64,000 nucleotides of DNA, taken from positions 2,696-66,695 of the forward strand of contig JAZLAZ010000007.1 of assembly GCA_045613445.1 (NCBI GenBank), written 5' to 3'. Position numbers and translations under genes: made by a program. Source of the DNA: Candidatus Enterousia sp. (GTDB lineage: Bacteria; Pseudomonadota; Alphaproteobacteria; Rs-D84). The notes below the pieces were generated by a model that made no database searches, was not told the DNA's origin, and saw nothing but the letters and a program-made list of their open reading frames with translations. Below are positions 1-8,914 of this stretch, in pieces (within the stretch, counting starts at the first letter, position 1; each line of letters opens with the position of its first letter).

Positions 1-48
1 GCATTTTTGCACTACAATTATAGGGGTAAGACAAAAGGCACAACCGAT

Positions 49-1863
49 ATGGCATTTGAAACAAAAAATTTCATTATTGATTTAGCGATGCAGTTAAATC
101 TGAACAACATGGACGATGCTACGCGTGCCAGATTGGCTGACCTGAAAAAAAAGGGTGTTGCAACCAAAGATCAAAATTCGTGGGAACCTGGCAAGGAACC
201 CCCAACGATAGATGCAATAACACCTGCAACTGCAACAACACCAGCAATATATAAATATAATGGGAATCCTGTCGCTGGTGGTATCGCTCCTGCGGTTAAT
301 GACTTAAATGATTTGTACTTAAAACTGGTTGTCATATTACGCGACTTAGCGGCAGATTCTGAATTAAGTGCCGAAGACCCCGTAAAATCATTTTTAAACA
401 ATTTTTATGGTGCCGGCAAGGCTGTTGAACCCTATACAGCAAGCGCCCTACCCCCAGCAGATGCGACAGATATTGGCAGATACATTTCAGCACACAAAGT
501 TCTGTTGGCTGCAGGGATGGGTATTTCTGAAAACGATTTAGATTCATTGGCTGGAACTTTAACTGGTGGCACGTACAATACCAATGCAAAATCATTAAAA
601 ACATTCGACAAATTTTTGGTCGGATTATATAACTGGAACGATAATGGTGGTGCACGCCCAATACCAGGTACTTTGCCCGGCTGTTTAATCACAGGTGGCG
701 ATATAGATTATGGAAAATTATTTGGCATAAGAAGCACCATTAATACACCAGTCAATCCAACTACTGGTCAATTAACACAATTGTCAGACAATATAAATAA
801 AATGTTTGGCAAATTGGTGTCTAATGAAAAATTATTTGAAAAATTTCAAAGCAAAGACGAAGACGGCAAAGTTTCAAGTTGGATTTTCAAAGGTATAAAT
901 AAATCCAATTATAAAACCGGCGACAATGCACTGGCACCAAAATATGATGATCGCAAACAATTCTGGGATGATGCCAAGGCAAAGATACAAGATTGGTATG
1001 TTGACACGCTTGGAAAATTAGAACAAAAGCATACTCGTCACCTATATACAACAAATGCCAGATATATTGTTGCAGGATTGATAAAAAAAGGCGTCAAACC
1101 AACAGATGGTACCGGCAAAATATTAGATACATTGGATGCAATAAATGGTGATTTACCAAACCCTGTACAAAAACAAGTAAAATGGGTAAAAGACACCCTA
1201 AAAAAAATGAAGGGAACTAATTTCTTTAAGGACGCCCTGCGTGATGGCGATCAGATGCGCCAGCTGGTTCAAGAAATAATCAAAGCTGCCGCACACGATG
1301 GGAAAAAAGAAGAGGCCAAAGTTGCGTTGGAAATGTTAGCAGTAATGCGATATACATTAACAACATCATCTGTTCGTGACCAATTAAAAAAGACAGAATT
1401 TAAACTGTTTTCTGACAGCAGTTTGTCTTTTAACAAAGGCAATAAATTTATGCAATCAATGACAAATGCGCTGGATAAAACATTAAAGTTTGGCATGATG
1501 GCTGCATTTGAAGTTGGAAACTTTGCAAAAAATTCAATCAAACAACAGGGCTTAAAATTTGGCAGTGGCACACAAAATCTGGACAAACGAACAACAGACA
1601 GCGTAGATTATATAGACCCAGACAAACAACAAATTATGGAAGAATTGTTTGGTTTTTGGGATTTTGTAAATTCTTCTGCGAACACCAAGGATTATAACAT
1701 ATTCCAAAGACATTCAAATGCACAAAAAAAGCGGGATTCAAACAACAAAGATAAGATAACGGTAAATCTGACAGCGGGATCACTGGATTTGGAACATACC
1801 ACAAATCAGCAAAAACAATTCTTGGAATATCTGCGTGACAATAATATTGGACGTGCCGCTTGA
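49..1863 (+). CDS. hypothetical protein, large, no recognisable motif
   Basis: Long uninterrupted ORF (track 7..1863 starts at TTG; first ATG at 49). No catalytic or family motif recognised by eye. Confidence 0.6.
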   Translation: MAFETKNFIIDLAMQLNLNNMDDATRARLADLKKKGVATKDQNSWEPGKEPPTIDAITPATATTPAIYKYNGNPVAGGIAPAVNDLNDLYLKLVVILRDLAADSELSAEDPVKSFLNNFYGAGKAVEPYTASALPPADATDIGRYISAHKVLLAAGMGISENDLDSLAGTLTGGTYNTNAKSLKTFDKFLVGLYNWNDNGGARPIPGTLPGCLITGGDIDYGKLFGIRSTINTPVNPTTGQLTQLSDNINKMFGKLVSNEKLFEKFQSKDEDGKVSSWIFKGINKSNYKTGDNALAPKYDDRKQFWDDAKAKIQDWYVDTLGKLEQKHTRHLYTTNARYIVAGLIKKGVKPTDGTGKILDTLDAINGDLPNPVQKQVKWVKDTLKKMKGTNFFKDALRDGDQMRQLVQEIIKAAAHDGKKEEAKVALEMLAVMRYTLTTSSVRDQLKKTEFKLFSDSSLSFNKGNKFMQSMTNALDKTLKFGMMAAFEVGNFAKNSIKQQGLKFGSGTQNLDKRTTDSVDYIDPDKQQIMEELFGFWDFVNSSANTKDYNIFQRHSNAQKKRDSNNKDKITVNLTAGSLDLEHTTNQQKQFLEYLRDNNIGRAA

Positions 1864-1888
1864 TTTTTTGTGCGATTTATGGTATAAT
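1860..1888 (+). promoter_or_regulatory. sigma70-type promoter, extended -10
   Basis: TTGATT (1860-1865), 17-nt spacer, TGgTATAAT (1880-1888). Confidence 0.55.
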
Positions 1889-1896
1889 ATAGGCAT

Positions 1897-1927
1897 GCGT
1901 CACTGGGAACAGTGGCGTTTGTTTTTT
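1897..1927 (+). terminator. intrinsic terminator hairpin 1 in leader of fibre-like gene
   Basis: GCGTCACTG / CAGTGGCGT 9-bp stem (2 G-U pairs), then TTTGTTTTTT. Confidence 0.55.
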
Positions 1928-1928
1928 A

Positions 1929-1961
1929 CCCTGCCCTGCACAATCGTGGCGGGGATTTTTT
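1929..1961 (+). terminator. intrinsic terminator hairpin 2 in leader of fibre-like gene
   Basis: CCCTGCC / GGCGGGG stem, then ATTTTTT. Lies 29 nt before the ATG at 1990. Confidence 0.5.
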
Positions 1962-1989
1962 AGCTAAATTAAACAAAAAAGGATTTTAT

Positions 1990-2541
1990 ATGACACGTGT
2001 TTTACAAATCAGACGCGGTACATCCGCACAACATGAAAACTTTGTCGGGTTGCCCGGCGAAATTACAATGGATACTGACACAAAAACAATTCGACTGCAT
2101 GATGGCGAAACACTTGGCGGAACAGTAATTGGTACAAATGGTATCTTTGATATCAGTACTGTGCCTGATGATTTTTGGGTGGATATTATTACACAACACG
2201 CACCAAAGCAATTCAAGATAATCGAAACAAATCCTGTTACTTTTACAAATAATTCTGCAGGACAAGACTATATCATCGGTGGAAACGCTGTTCCACAATT
2301 TATCCACACTGTATTGGTATGCCAAAATGACGAAGCCGGATACACTGCTGGTGACCAAGTATGGTGCTGGGGGATTGGCAACCGTGCAAACCCAAGCCCA
2401 ACACCAATGCATAATCGAGATGGATTACGTATCAGAATGATGATAGATTCTGAAAGCTTTTGGGTAAATCATAAAGATACTGGCGCAAAAACACCAATAA
2501 CAGATACAAATTGGCGTATTTTATACCGAGTTTACTGTTGA
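1990..2541 (+). CDS. phage tail-fibre-like protein (Mtd-N / RRGT-type N-terminal motif)
   Basis: Internal ATG at 1990 with RBS AAAGGA. N-terminus MTRVLQIRRGTSAQHENFVGLPGEITMDTDTKTIRLHDGETLGG matches the RRGT..GE..DTDT..DG motif of phage fibre / Mtd N-terminal domains. Confidence 0.6.
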   Translation: MTRVLQIRRGTSAQHENFVGLPGEITMDTDTKTIRLHDGETLGGTVIGTNGIFDISTVPDDFWVDIITQHAPKQFKIIETNPVTFTNNSAGQDYIIGGNAVPQFIHTVLVCQNDEAGYTAGDQVWCWGIGNRANPSPTPMHNRDGLRIRMMIDSESFWVNHKDTGAKTPITDTNWRILYRVYC

Positions 2542-2591
2542 AAATAAAAAATACCTTTGCTATGCTGGGGGACGAAGAAAAAGGATTTTAC

Positions 2592-3833
2592 ATGTATATA
2601 CTTGCACTAAATTGTGGCTCTTCGTCCCTGAAATATCAGGTTTTTGACGCAGAAACAAAAACAGCTGTTGTTGGTGGTAATGTTGAAAAAATCGGTTTGG
2701 CTGATTCTTTCTTGACCCAAAAATACCCAGACGGCACAAAACAAAAGAAAGTTGTTTCTATGCAAAATCATGACGAAGCATTAAATAATGTTTTGATGAT
2801 GCTGCGCGAAGCGTCAATCGACTTGAACGAAATCAAGGGCGTCGGACACCGCGTTGTTATGGGGGGCGACAAATTCGCATCTTCGGTTGAAATCACAGAC
2901 GAAGTTATTAAAACTATCGATAAATTGTCACCATTGGCACCTTTGCACAACCCACCTGCACTGCGTGGTATTATGACTGCACAACAGTTGTTACCAAACG
3001 CAAAACAAGTCGCTGTATTTGATACCGCGTTCCATCAGACAATGCCTGATTACGCATATCGTTACGCTGTTCCAATGGCATGGTACAAAGAACTGGGTGT
3101 TCGCCGATATGGTTTCCACGGAACAAGCCATTTGTATGTTTCAAAACGCGCTGCAAAAATGTTGGGTAAAGATGCCAAAGATTGCAATTTTATCACAATG
3201 CATATCGGTTCTGGGGCATCTGCAACAGCAATTCGCAACGGTGTTTCTGTTGATACATCTTTGGGTATGACACCACTGTCTGGCTTGACAATGGGTACAC
3301 GCCCAGGTGATTTGGACCCAGGTGTTGTTCTGTATGTTATGGAACAATTACAACTGTCACCTGCACAGATGCAGACCCATTTAAGCAAAGATTCTGGCCT
3401 GAAAGGTATTACAGAATGCTTTGTTGACCGCCGTGATGTAGAAGAAAATAAATCTACAAACGATTTGTGCCGCTTGGCAATCGATACCGAAGTTCACAAT
3501 GTAAAAAAATACATCGGCGCATATATGGCAGAACTGGGTCATGTTGATGCGATTATATTTACCGCAGGCGTTGGCGAAAATGACGATTATCTGCGCGAAA
3601 AGTTCTGTACAGGATTGGAAGAACTGGGTATCAAATTGGATATTGAAAAGAACGCAAAGTCATTGGCACGTTTGGGCGTTGATGAAACAGAAATCAGCAC
3701 ACCAGACAGCAAAGTAAAGGTATTTATGATTCCAACAAACGAAGAATTGGTTATCGTTGAAGATACCTTGGCCATTATGAACGGCACGTATAATCCAAAC
3801 CACTTGGAAATGGATTACAGCTTTTCAAAATAA
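2592..3833 (+). CDS. ackA: acetate kinase
   Basis: MYILALNCGSSSLKYQVFD N-terminus and full-length AckA-like sequence (HRVVMGG, FHGTSH, TAGVGEN). Start moved to the ATG at 2592, which has an RBS AAAGGA. Confidence 0.93.
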   Translation: MYILALNCGSSSLKYQVFDAETKTAVVGGNVEKIGLADSFLTQKYPDGTKQKKVVSMQNHDEALNNVLMMLREASIDLNEIKGVGHRVVMGGDKFASSVEITDEVIKTIDKLSPLAPLHNPPALRGIMTAQQLLPNAKQVAVFDTAFHQTMPDYAYRYAVPMAWYKELGVRRYGFHGTSHLYVSKRAAKMLGKDAKDCNFITMHIGSGASATAIRNGVSVDTSLGMTPLSGLTMGTRPGDLDPGVVLYVMEQLQLSPAQMQTHLSKDSGLKGITECFVDRRDVEENKSTNDLCRLAIDTEVHNVKKYIGAYMAELGHVDAIIFTAGVGENDDYLREKFCTGLEELGIKLDIEKNAKSLARLGVDETEISTPDSKVKVFMIPTNEELVIVEDTLAIMNGTYNPNHLEMDYSFSK

Positions 3834-3848
3834 TAGTAAATATATTGT

Positions 3849-3881
3849 ACACCCCACCAATTTTCGGTGGGGTGTTTTTTA
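3849..3881 (+). terminator. intrinsic terminator after ackA
   Basis: ACACCCCACC / GGTGGGGTGT 10-bp stem followed by TTTTTT. Confidence 0.8.
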
Positions 3882-3915
3882 TTATTGAATCTGTGGTTTT
3901 TTTTCACTAAATTTA

Positions 3916-5982
3916 ATGTATATGAAAAAAGAATTGTTTGATTTTTTGAATACTGACCTGCAATTTATCAAAGGTGTGGGACCTGTGTTGGCCACGCGTT
4001 TCGAAGAATTGTTGGGTGGGCGACGCGTATTGGATTTTTTACTGCACAGACCATCATATGTGCGCGCGCGTGGTGTTTCTGAAAATATCCAAGATATTGA
4101 ACCAGGTGCCAGTGTAACAATACCGTTGATGATTAAATCGCATAAACGTGGCGGAACATTCGGACACGGACGCAGGCGACCAACACAGGTTATTTGTAAT
4201 GATACAGTTGGTAATACTGTTGTTATTCAATTCTTTAATTCTAATTATCTGGATTATTGGTTGAAAAAATTACCCATCGGACAATGGCGTATGATTTCCG
4301 GAAAACTGGAAAAAACAGGTTCACGTCCAACAATCAATCATCCAGACTTTATCGAAGAAATGCAAAACGCATCTAAAATCCCGTCCGTTCAGGCAATTTA
4401 CCCCGCCAGCGAAGGTTTAACACAAAAAATCTTTGCCAATGTACGCGATCAGATATTCAGCGCCATGCCCGATAAAATATGCGGCGAACCAGATGATAGA
4501 ATTCAAGAATTCTTTGACGCATTACAGCACATACACTTTCCCCAATCAGATAATGATTTGGCACCAAATGCAACATATATGGCAAAATTAGCGTACTGTG
4601 AATTATTAGCGCACCAATCTGCAATTGTTATCAGCCGTAAAAACAGAATTGATGTGCGCAATCGCAGAATTGTGCGACCACACAAATATAATCTGATGGA
4701 AAAGTTCTGGTCAATTATTCCATTTGATTTAACTGGTGCACAAAAAAGAACTTGCGATGATATTTTTAATGACATGCGAAAAGATATTCCTATGATGCGA
4801 CTGGTCCAGGGCGATGTAGGCAGTGGCAAAACAATTGTCGCAATGGCTGCTGCAGTAAAAATGACAGAATCTGGCGCACAGACAGCATTATTGGCGCCAA
4901 CAGACACACTGGCACAACAGCACTTTGCAAAGTTAAAACCGATGTGTGACAAAATAGGTATCGTTTGCGAATGTCTGACCGGTCGTGATAAAGGCGTAAT
5001 GCGCCGCGAAAAACTGATATCATTAAAATCAGGCCGAACCAAGGTTATAATCGGAACACACGCACTGTTTTCAACAGATGTAGAATATAAAGATTTAGGT
5101 TTAGTTATAATTGACGAACAACATAGATTCGGCGTTGCACAACGCGAAACACTGCGTCAAAAAGGTAATAATCCAGATTTATTGGCGCTGTCTGCGACAC
5201 CAATTCCACGAACACTGTCAATGACGATATATGGCGATATGGATGTATCAATAATCAATGAAAAACCAGCTGGACGAAAACCAATAAAAACATCAAAAAT
5301 TTCTGTGGGACGAATTACAGATTTAATAGAAAGATTAAAAGTACAAATATCTGATGGTGCAAAAGTATTTTGGGTTTGCCCATTGGTTGAAGATTCTGAG
5401 AACGATAATGTCGCAACTGCGGCAATCGCACGTCATGAAATGCTGACCGAATTTTTCCCAACTGCTGGTCTGGTTCATGGCCAAATGGATAAAAAAGATC
5501 GAGATGCGATTATGGAAAAATTCGCAAACGATAATTCTGATATGAATATGCTGGTTGCTACAACTGTTATCGAAGTTGGAATTGATGTTCCGCGGGCATC
5601 TATTATCGTTATCGAAAATGCAGAACGGTTCGGATTGGCGGCTTTACATCAGTTGCGCGGACGCGTTGGACGTGGCAACACACAATCGTATTGTCTTCTA
5701 TTGTTTGGGCATAATGTCAGCGAAGACGGATTAAAACGACTGGACATCTTATGCGAAACAGATGATGGTTTCATCATCGCAGAACAAGATCTGATGATGC
5801 GTGGCGCAGGGGTATTATTGGGCACACAACAAAGTGGATGGCTGCATTATCACTTTGTGAATTATCGCGAACACAGGGATTTGTTCAAATTAGCATCACG
5901 CGCGGCGCGCGATAATGATATGGACAGCTGGACAAATGATTTAATGTTTATATTTAATCGTGGGGGCGTTCTGGGTGCATAA
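3916..5982 (+). CDS. recG: ATP-dependent DNA helicase RecG
   Basis: Wedge domain plus SF2 helicase motifs GDVGSGKT, DEQHRFG, SATPIPRT, QLRGRVGRG. Confidence 0.93.
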   Translation: MYMKKELFDFLNTDLQFIKGVGPVLATRFEELLGGRRVLDFLLHRPSYVRARGVSENIQDIEPGASVTIPLMIKSHKRGGTFGHGRRRPTQVICNDTVGNTVVIQFFNSNYLDYWLKKLPIGQWRMISGKLEKTGSRPTINHPDFIEEMQNASKIPSVQAIYPASEGLTQKIFANVRDQIFSAMPDKICGEPDDRIQEFFDALQHIHFPQSDNDLAPNATYMAKLAYCELLAHQSAIVISRKNRIDVRNRRIVRPHKYNLMEKFWSIIPFDLTGAQKRTCDDIFNDMRKDIPMMRLVQGDVGSGKTIVAMAAAVKMTESGAQTALLAPTDTLAQQHFAKLKPMCDKIGIVCECLTGRDKGVMRREKLISLKSGRTKVIIGTHALFSTDVEYKDLGLVIIDEQHRFGVAQRETLRQKGNNPDLLALSATPIPRTLSMTIYGDMDVSIINEKPAGRKPIKTSKISVGRITDLIERLKVQISDGAKVFWVCPLVEDSENDNVATAAIARHEMLTEFFPTAGLVHGQMDKKDRDAIMEKFANDNSDMNMLVATTVIEVGIDVPRASIIVIENAERFGLAALHQLRGRVGRGNTQSYCLLLFGHNVSEDGLKRLDILCETDDGFIIAEQDLMMRGAGVLLGTQQSGWLHYHFVNYREHRDLFKLASRAARDNDMDSWTNDLMFIFNRGGVLGA

Positions 5983-7279
5983 GATTGTTGTATTTTTAAT
6001 GACCGTCTTTTTTGCGATACCCGCATCATTTGCTGCATCGCAAATCAATGATACAGAAACAGAAAAATTGTTGAATACATTGATTCTGCCATTGGCAGAT
6101 GCTGCAAACATTCCAGAAAACAGATTAAAGATACACATCATCGATGATGATGATTTTAATGCGTTTGTTTCTGGTGGCGAAGATGTATATGTTTATACAG
6201 GACTGTTAAAACAGATAAAAAATCCATCTGCATTACAAGCCGTAATCGCACATGAAATGGGGCATATGTTGGGCGGTCATTTGACACAAATGACAGATCG
6301 TATGTCGGCAGAAATGAAACGAACGATGCTGATTCAGGCATTGGGAATTGGTTTAATGGTGGCTGGTGGCAACCCATCACTGGGTGCAGGGGTTTTGGCA
6401 GGTTCTTCTGGTGTCGCACAACAATCAATGCTGGCATTTACGCGAGATGAAGAAAGAATAGCAGACAGTTTGGGGTTGGATTTGATAATCGACGCAAAAC
6501 AAAATCCAAATGGTTTCGTCACTGTCTTTGAACAAATGCAAGATTTATCAGGTGAATTTGAATCCAAGATAAACCCAAATCATATAAATCATCCACTTAC
6601 CTCAGAAAGATTAAATAACATGAAATCACTGATTTCACAAAAAAATCTGACATATGATTTTTCAGATAATGTGGCAAACGATAATGCAGATGAATATGAA
6701 CGTGTACGTGCAAAACTGATTGGGTATCTGGATACGCCAAAACAAGTACTAGAAAAATATCCTTATTCAGATAAATCAGATGCGGCACTGTATGCGCGCG
6801 CAATTGCAAATATGCGTGGCGGAAATTTGGACAGCGCAAAGACAGGGATGCAAACACTGATTTCCAGGAATCCAGACAACCCGTATTATTACGAACTGAT
6901 GGGAGATATCGAATATCAATTTGGGCATTATGATGACAGTGTGCGCGCGTATGAACACGCGTTAAAACTAAAAAAAGATGCCCCACAAATTCAAACTGCA
7001 TTGGCATTGGTTTTAACAGAACGCAAAAAACCAAATGATGCACAATATGCCATTAAACTGTGCAAGACATCATTATTGGCAGAACCAACACCGTTTACAT
7101 ACTGGGTTCTGGCACGTGCATATGGGGATGAAGATGCCGGGCGCAGTGCATGGGCCATGGCAGAATATTACAATATGATCGGGAAAAGTTCAGAAGCTAA
7201 GAAATATGCAAAAACCGCGCAAAAACACCTAAAAAAAACCGACCCCGAATACATCAAGGCCGGCGATTTGGTAAAGTAA
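5960..7279 (+). CDS. M48-family Zn-metallopeptidase with TPR-like C-terminal domain (BepA/YfgC-like)
   Basis: Signal peptide, HEMGH motif (AHEMGHMLGGH) and a TPR-like C-terminal half. Start is ambiguous: GTG 5960, GTG 5975 or ATG 5999. Overlaps the recG stop. Confidence 0.8.
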   Translation: MGAFWVHKIVVFLMTVFFAIPASFAASQINDTETEKLLNTLILPLADAANIPENRLKIHIIDDDDFNAFVSGGEDVYVYTGLLKQIKNPSALQAVIAHEMGHMLGGHLTQMTDRMSAEMKRTMLIQALGIGLMVAGGNPSLGAGVLAGSSGVAQQSMLAFTRDEERIADSLGLDLIIDAKQNPNGFVTVFEQMQDLSGEFESKINPNHINHPLTSERLNNMKSLISQKNLTYDFSDNVANDNADEYERVRAKLIGYLDTPKQVLEKYPYSDKSDAALYARAIANMRGGNLDSAKTGMQTLISRNPDNPYYYELMGDIEYQFGHYDDSVRAYEHALKLKKDAPQIQTALALVLTERKKPNDAQYAIKLCKTSLLAEPTPFTYWVLARAYGDEDAGRSAWAMAEYYNMIGKSSEAKKYAKTAQKHLKKTDPEYIKAGDLVK

Positions 7280-7295
7280 TATACAGAACCGAAAA

Positions 7296-8744
7296 TTATC
7301 TGGAATTATTTTCAAAAAAGTTATTTATTTCTTGCTCTTTTTGAAATTCTTCCAGCAAATTTTCATAGTGAGATATTTGCATATATACATCCCAATATTT
7401 TGAATTACCAGCCATTTCAGATTTTAATTTGGCAATTTTCACACGTGGGTTCATTTCTATCTTTTTATTTATCTTATCTCGTTCACCATCAGACAAATCA
7501 TAAAAGTCTGGGAAACGTTCTTTTCTTATTTTGAATATAAGATCATAATATTCCTCTCTTTTCTTTTTTAATTCAATAACTTCTGTGTCTTGTTCGATTT
7601 CTTTTAAAATACGATTTTGTTCATCATCAGACAACTCGAAAAAGTTTGGGAAACGTTCTTCTCTTATTTTGAATATAAGATCGTAATAGTCACCCTTTTT
7701 CTTTTTTAATTCAATAACTCTTGGGTCTTGATCGATTTCACACCAAATACGTTTTTGTTTTTCATCAGGAAAACTATAAAAACTTGGAAACAATTTCGTT
7801 CGTTTTTGTTGTTTTAAATCATAATATTCATCTGTGGCTTTTTTGTATTTTAATAATAATGCAGCATGTTTTACACGCAGTGTATCGATAACTGATTGTA
7901 TAGTTTTTGTGTAAAGTTCTGGTTTTTTCTTGGCCTGTTCCTTTAATATTTTTGTCAAATGTTGACTGATAATATCGCCCTGCTTAAACGAACTTACTTC
8001 GGTTGGGTTTGCACGATATCTTTCATCACCTTGTTTTGATTCATAAACACGAAATCCGTAATCTGCAATTTGTGCCCCCAGCAAACCCATATTTGGATAA
8101 CGATGATCGATAAAATGTCCATATTCATGACTTAGTGTACTAATAAAATTTTCAAAATAATGTTTGTACGAAAGAACTATTTTACCTTGTGAATTTCTAT
8201 AATATCCACCATAGCGGCCATATTTTTTCTTTGTATGGAATTTATCAAAAAATTTTCTTATAAAACTGTACACACCGTACGAAAACGTATCTTTTGGAAT
8301 AACATCTAAAGCACAATCTAAATAATCAATACTAACAATGTCGCTAATATTTAAGCGCTTGTTTATCGCATTTATAATATGTATAGCCAGTTTTTGTTTT
8401 TGCATTTCATCCAAAGAATCAAATATCCATGCAGCGGCTAATATTTCATCGTTTGAACAAATAATATCTTCGTAAATTTTAGCAATATCTTTTACGCGTT
8501 GGTCCATAGAATCAAAGTCCAAGGAATCTTTTAAAATTTGCCTGAATACGTCTTTTGATTCTGTATTTGTTCGTTTTAATTTTTTTAATGCCTTGGCCAG
8601 CTTTACATTATAAGTAGAAAATTCCCCATGCAAATCATTTAGCAAACTTGGGTCCTGCTCTATCATTTTTTCAAATTGCGTCAATGTAATATTATGTGGG
8701 GCGTATTTGTTATAAGCATCCACGATTTTTTGTTTCTTTTGCAT
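7296..8744 (-). CDS. hypothetical HExxH (putative Zn-metalloprotease) protein with C-terminal 46-aa tandem repeats
   Basis: LSHEYGHFIDH motif. About 2.7 copies of FP.F..LSD.E...I..EIEQD..VIELKKK..YYDLIFKIR.ER. Confidence 0.6.
   Translation of the reverse strand: MQKKQKIVDAYNKYAPHNITLTQFEKMIEQDPSLLNDLHGEFSTYNVKLAKALKKLKRTNTESKDVFRQILKDSLDFDSMDQRVKDIAKIYEDIICSNDEILAAAWIFDSLDEMQKQKLAIHIINAINKRLNISDIVSIDYLDCALDVIPKDTFSYGVYSFIRKFFDKFHTKKKYGRYGGYYRNSQGKIVLSYKHYFENFISTLSHEYGHFIDHRYPNMGLLGAQIADYGFRVYESKQGDERYRANPTEVSSFKQGDIISQHLTKILKEQAKKKPELYTKTIQSVIDTLRVKHAALLLKYKKATDEYYDLKQQKRTKLFPSFYSFPDEKQKRIWCEIDQDPRVIELKKKKGDYYDLIFKIREERFPNFFELSDDEQNRILKEIEQDTEVIELKKKREEYYDLIFKIRKERFPDFYDLSDGERDKINKKIEMNPRVKIAKLKSEMAGNSKYWDVYMQISHYENLLEEFQKEQEINNFFENNSR
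7440..7795 (-). repeat. in-frame 138-nt tandem repeat (about 2.7 units) inside CDS 7296..8744
   Basis: GGGAAACGTTCTT..TTGAATATAAGATC..TTTTTTAATTCAATAAC recurs with a 138-nt period (for example at 7510 and 7648). Confidence 0.8.
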
Positions 8745-8914
8745 ACAGATACCTTTGCTATACTTTACGCAATATTATAGCACAAAAGTCAATATAGGCA
8801 CAAAACATTTCTATGCTAAGAAACACAAGTGAATTACATGTGTTTTATAATGATACCTGAAACACATTTCTTATTGGCTTGAATTGATTTTTATAAATTG
8901 TTATTATCTGTCAC

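Noticed and set aside
1990-2541. A diversity-generating retroelement, because of the Mtd-like N-terminal motif.
   Set aside because: There is no reverse transcriptase, no template or variable repeat pair, and no Avd-like gene anywhere in the window.
2511-2591. N-terminal extension of ackA given in the ORF track (start 2511).
   Set aside because: It overlaps the end of the fibre-like gene. The conserved AckA N-terminus begins at MYILALNCGSS (ATG 2592), which has its own RBS.
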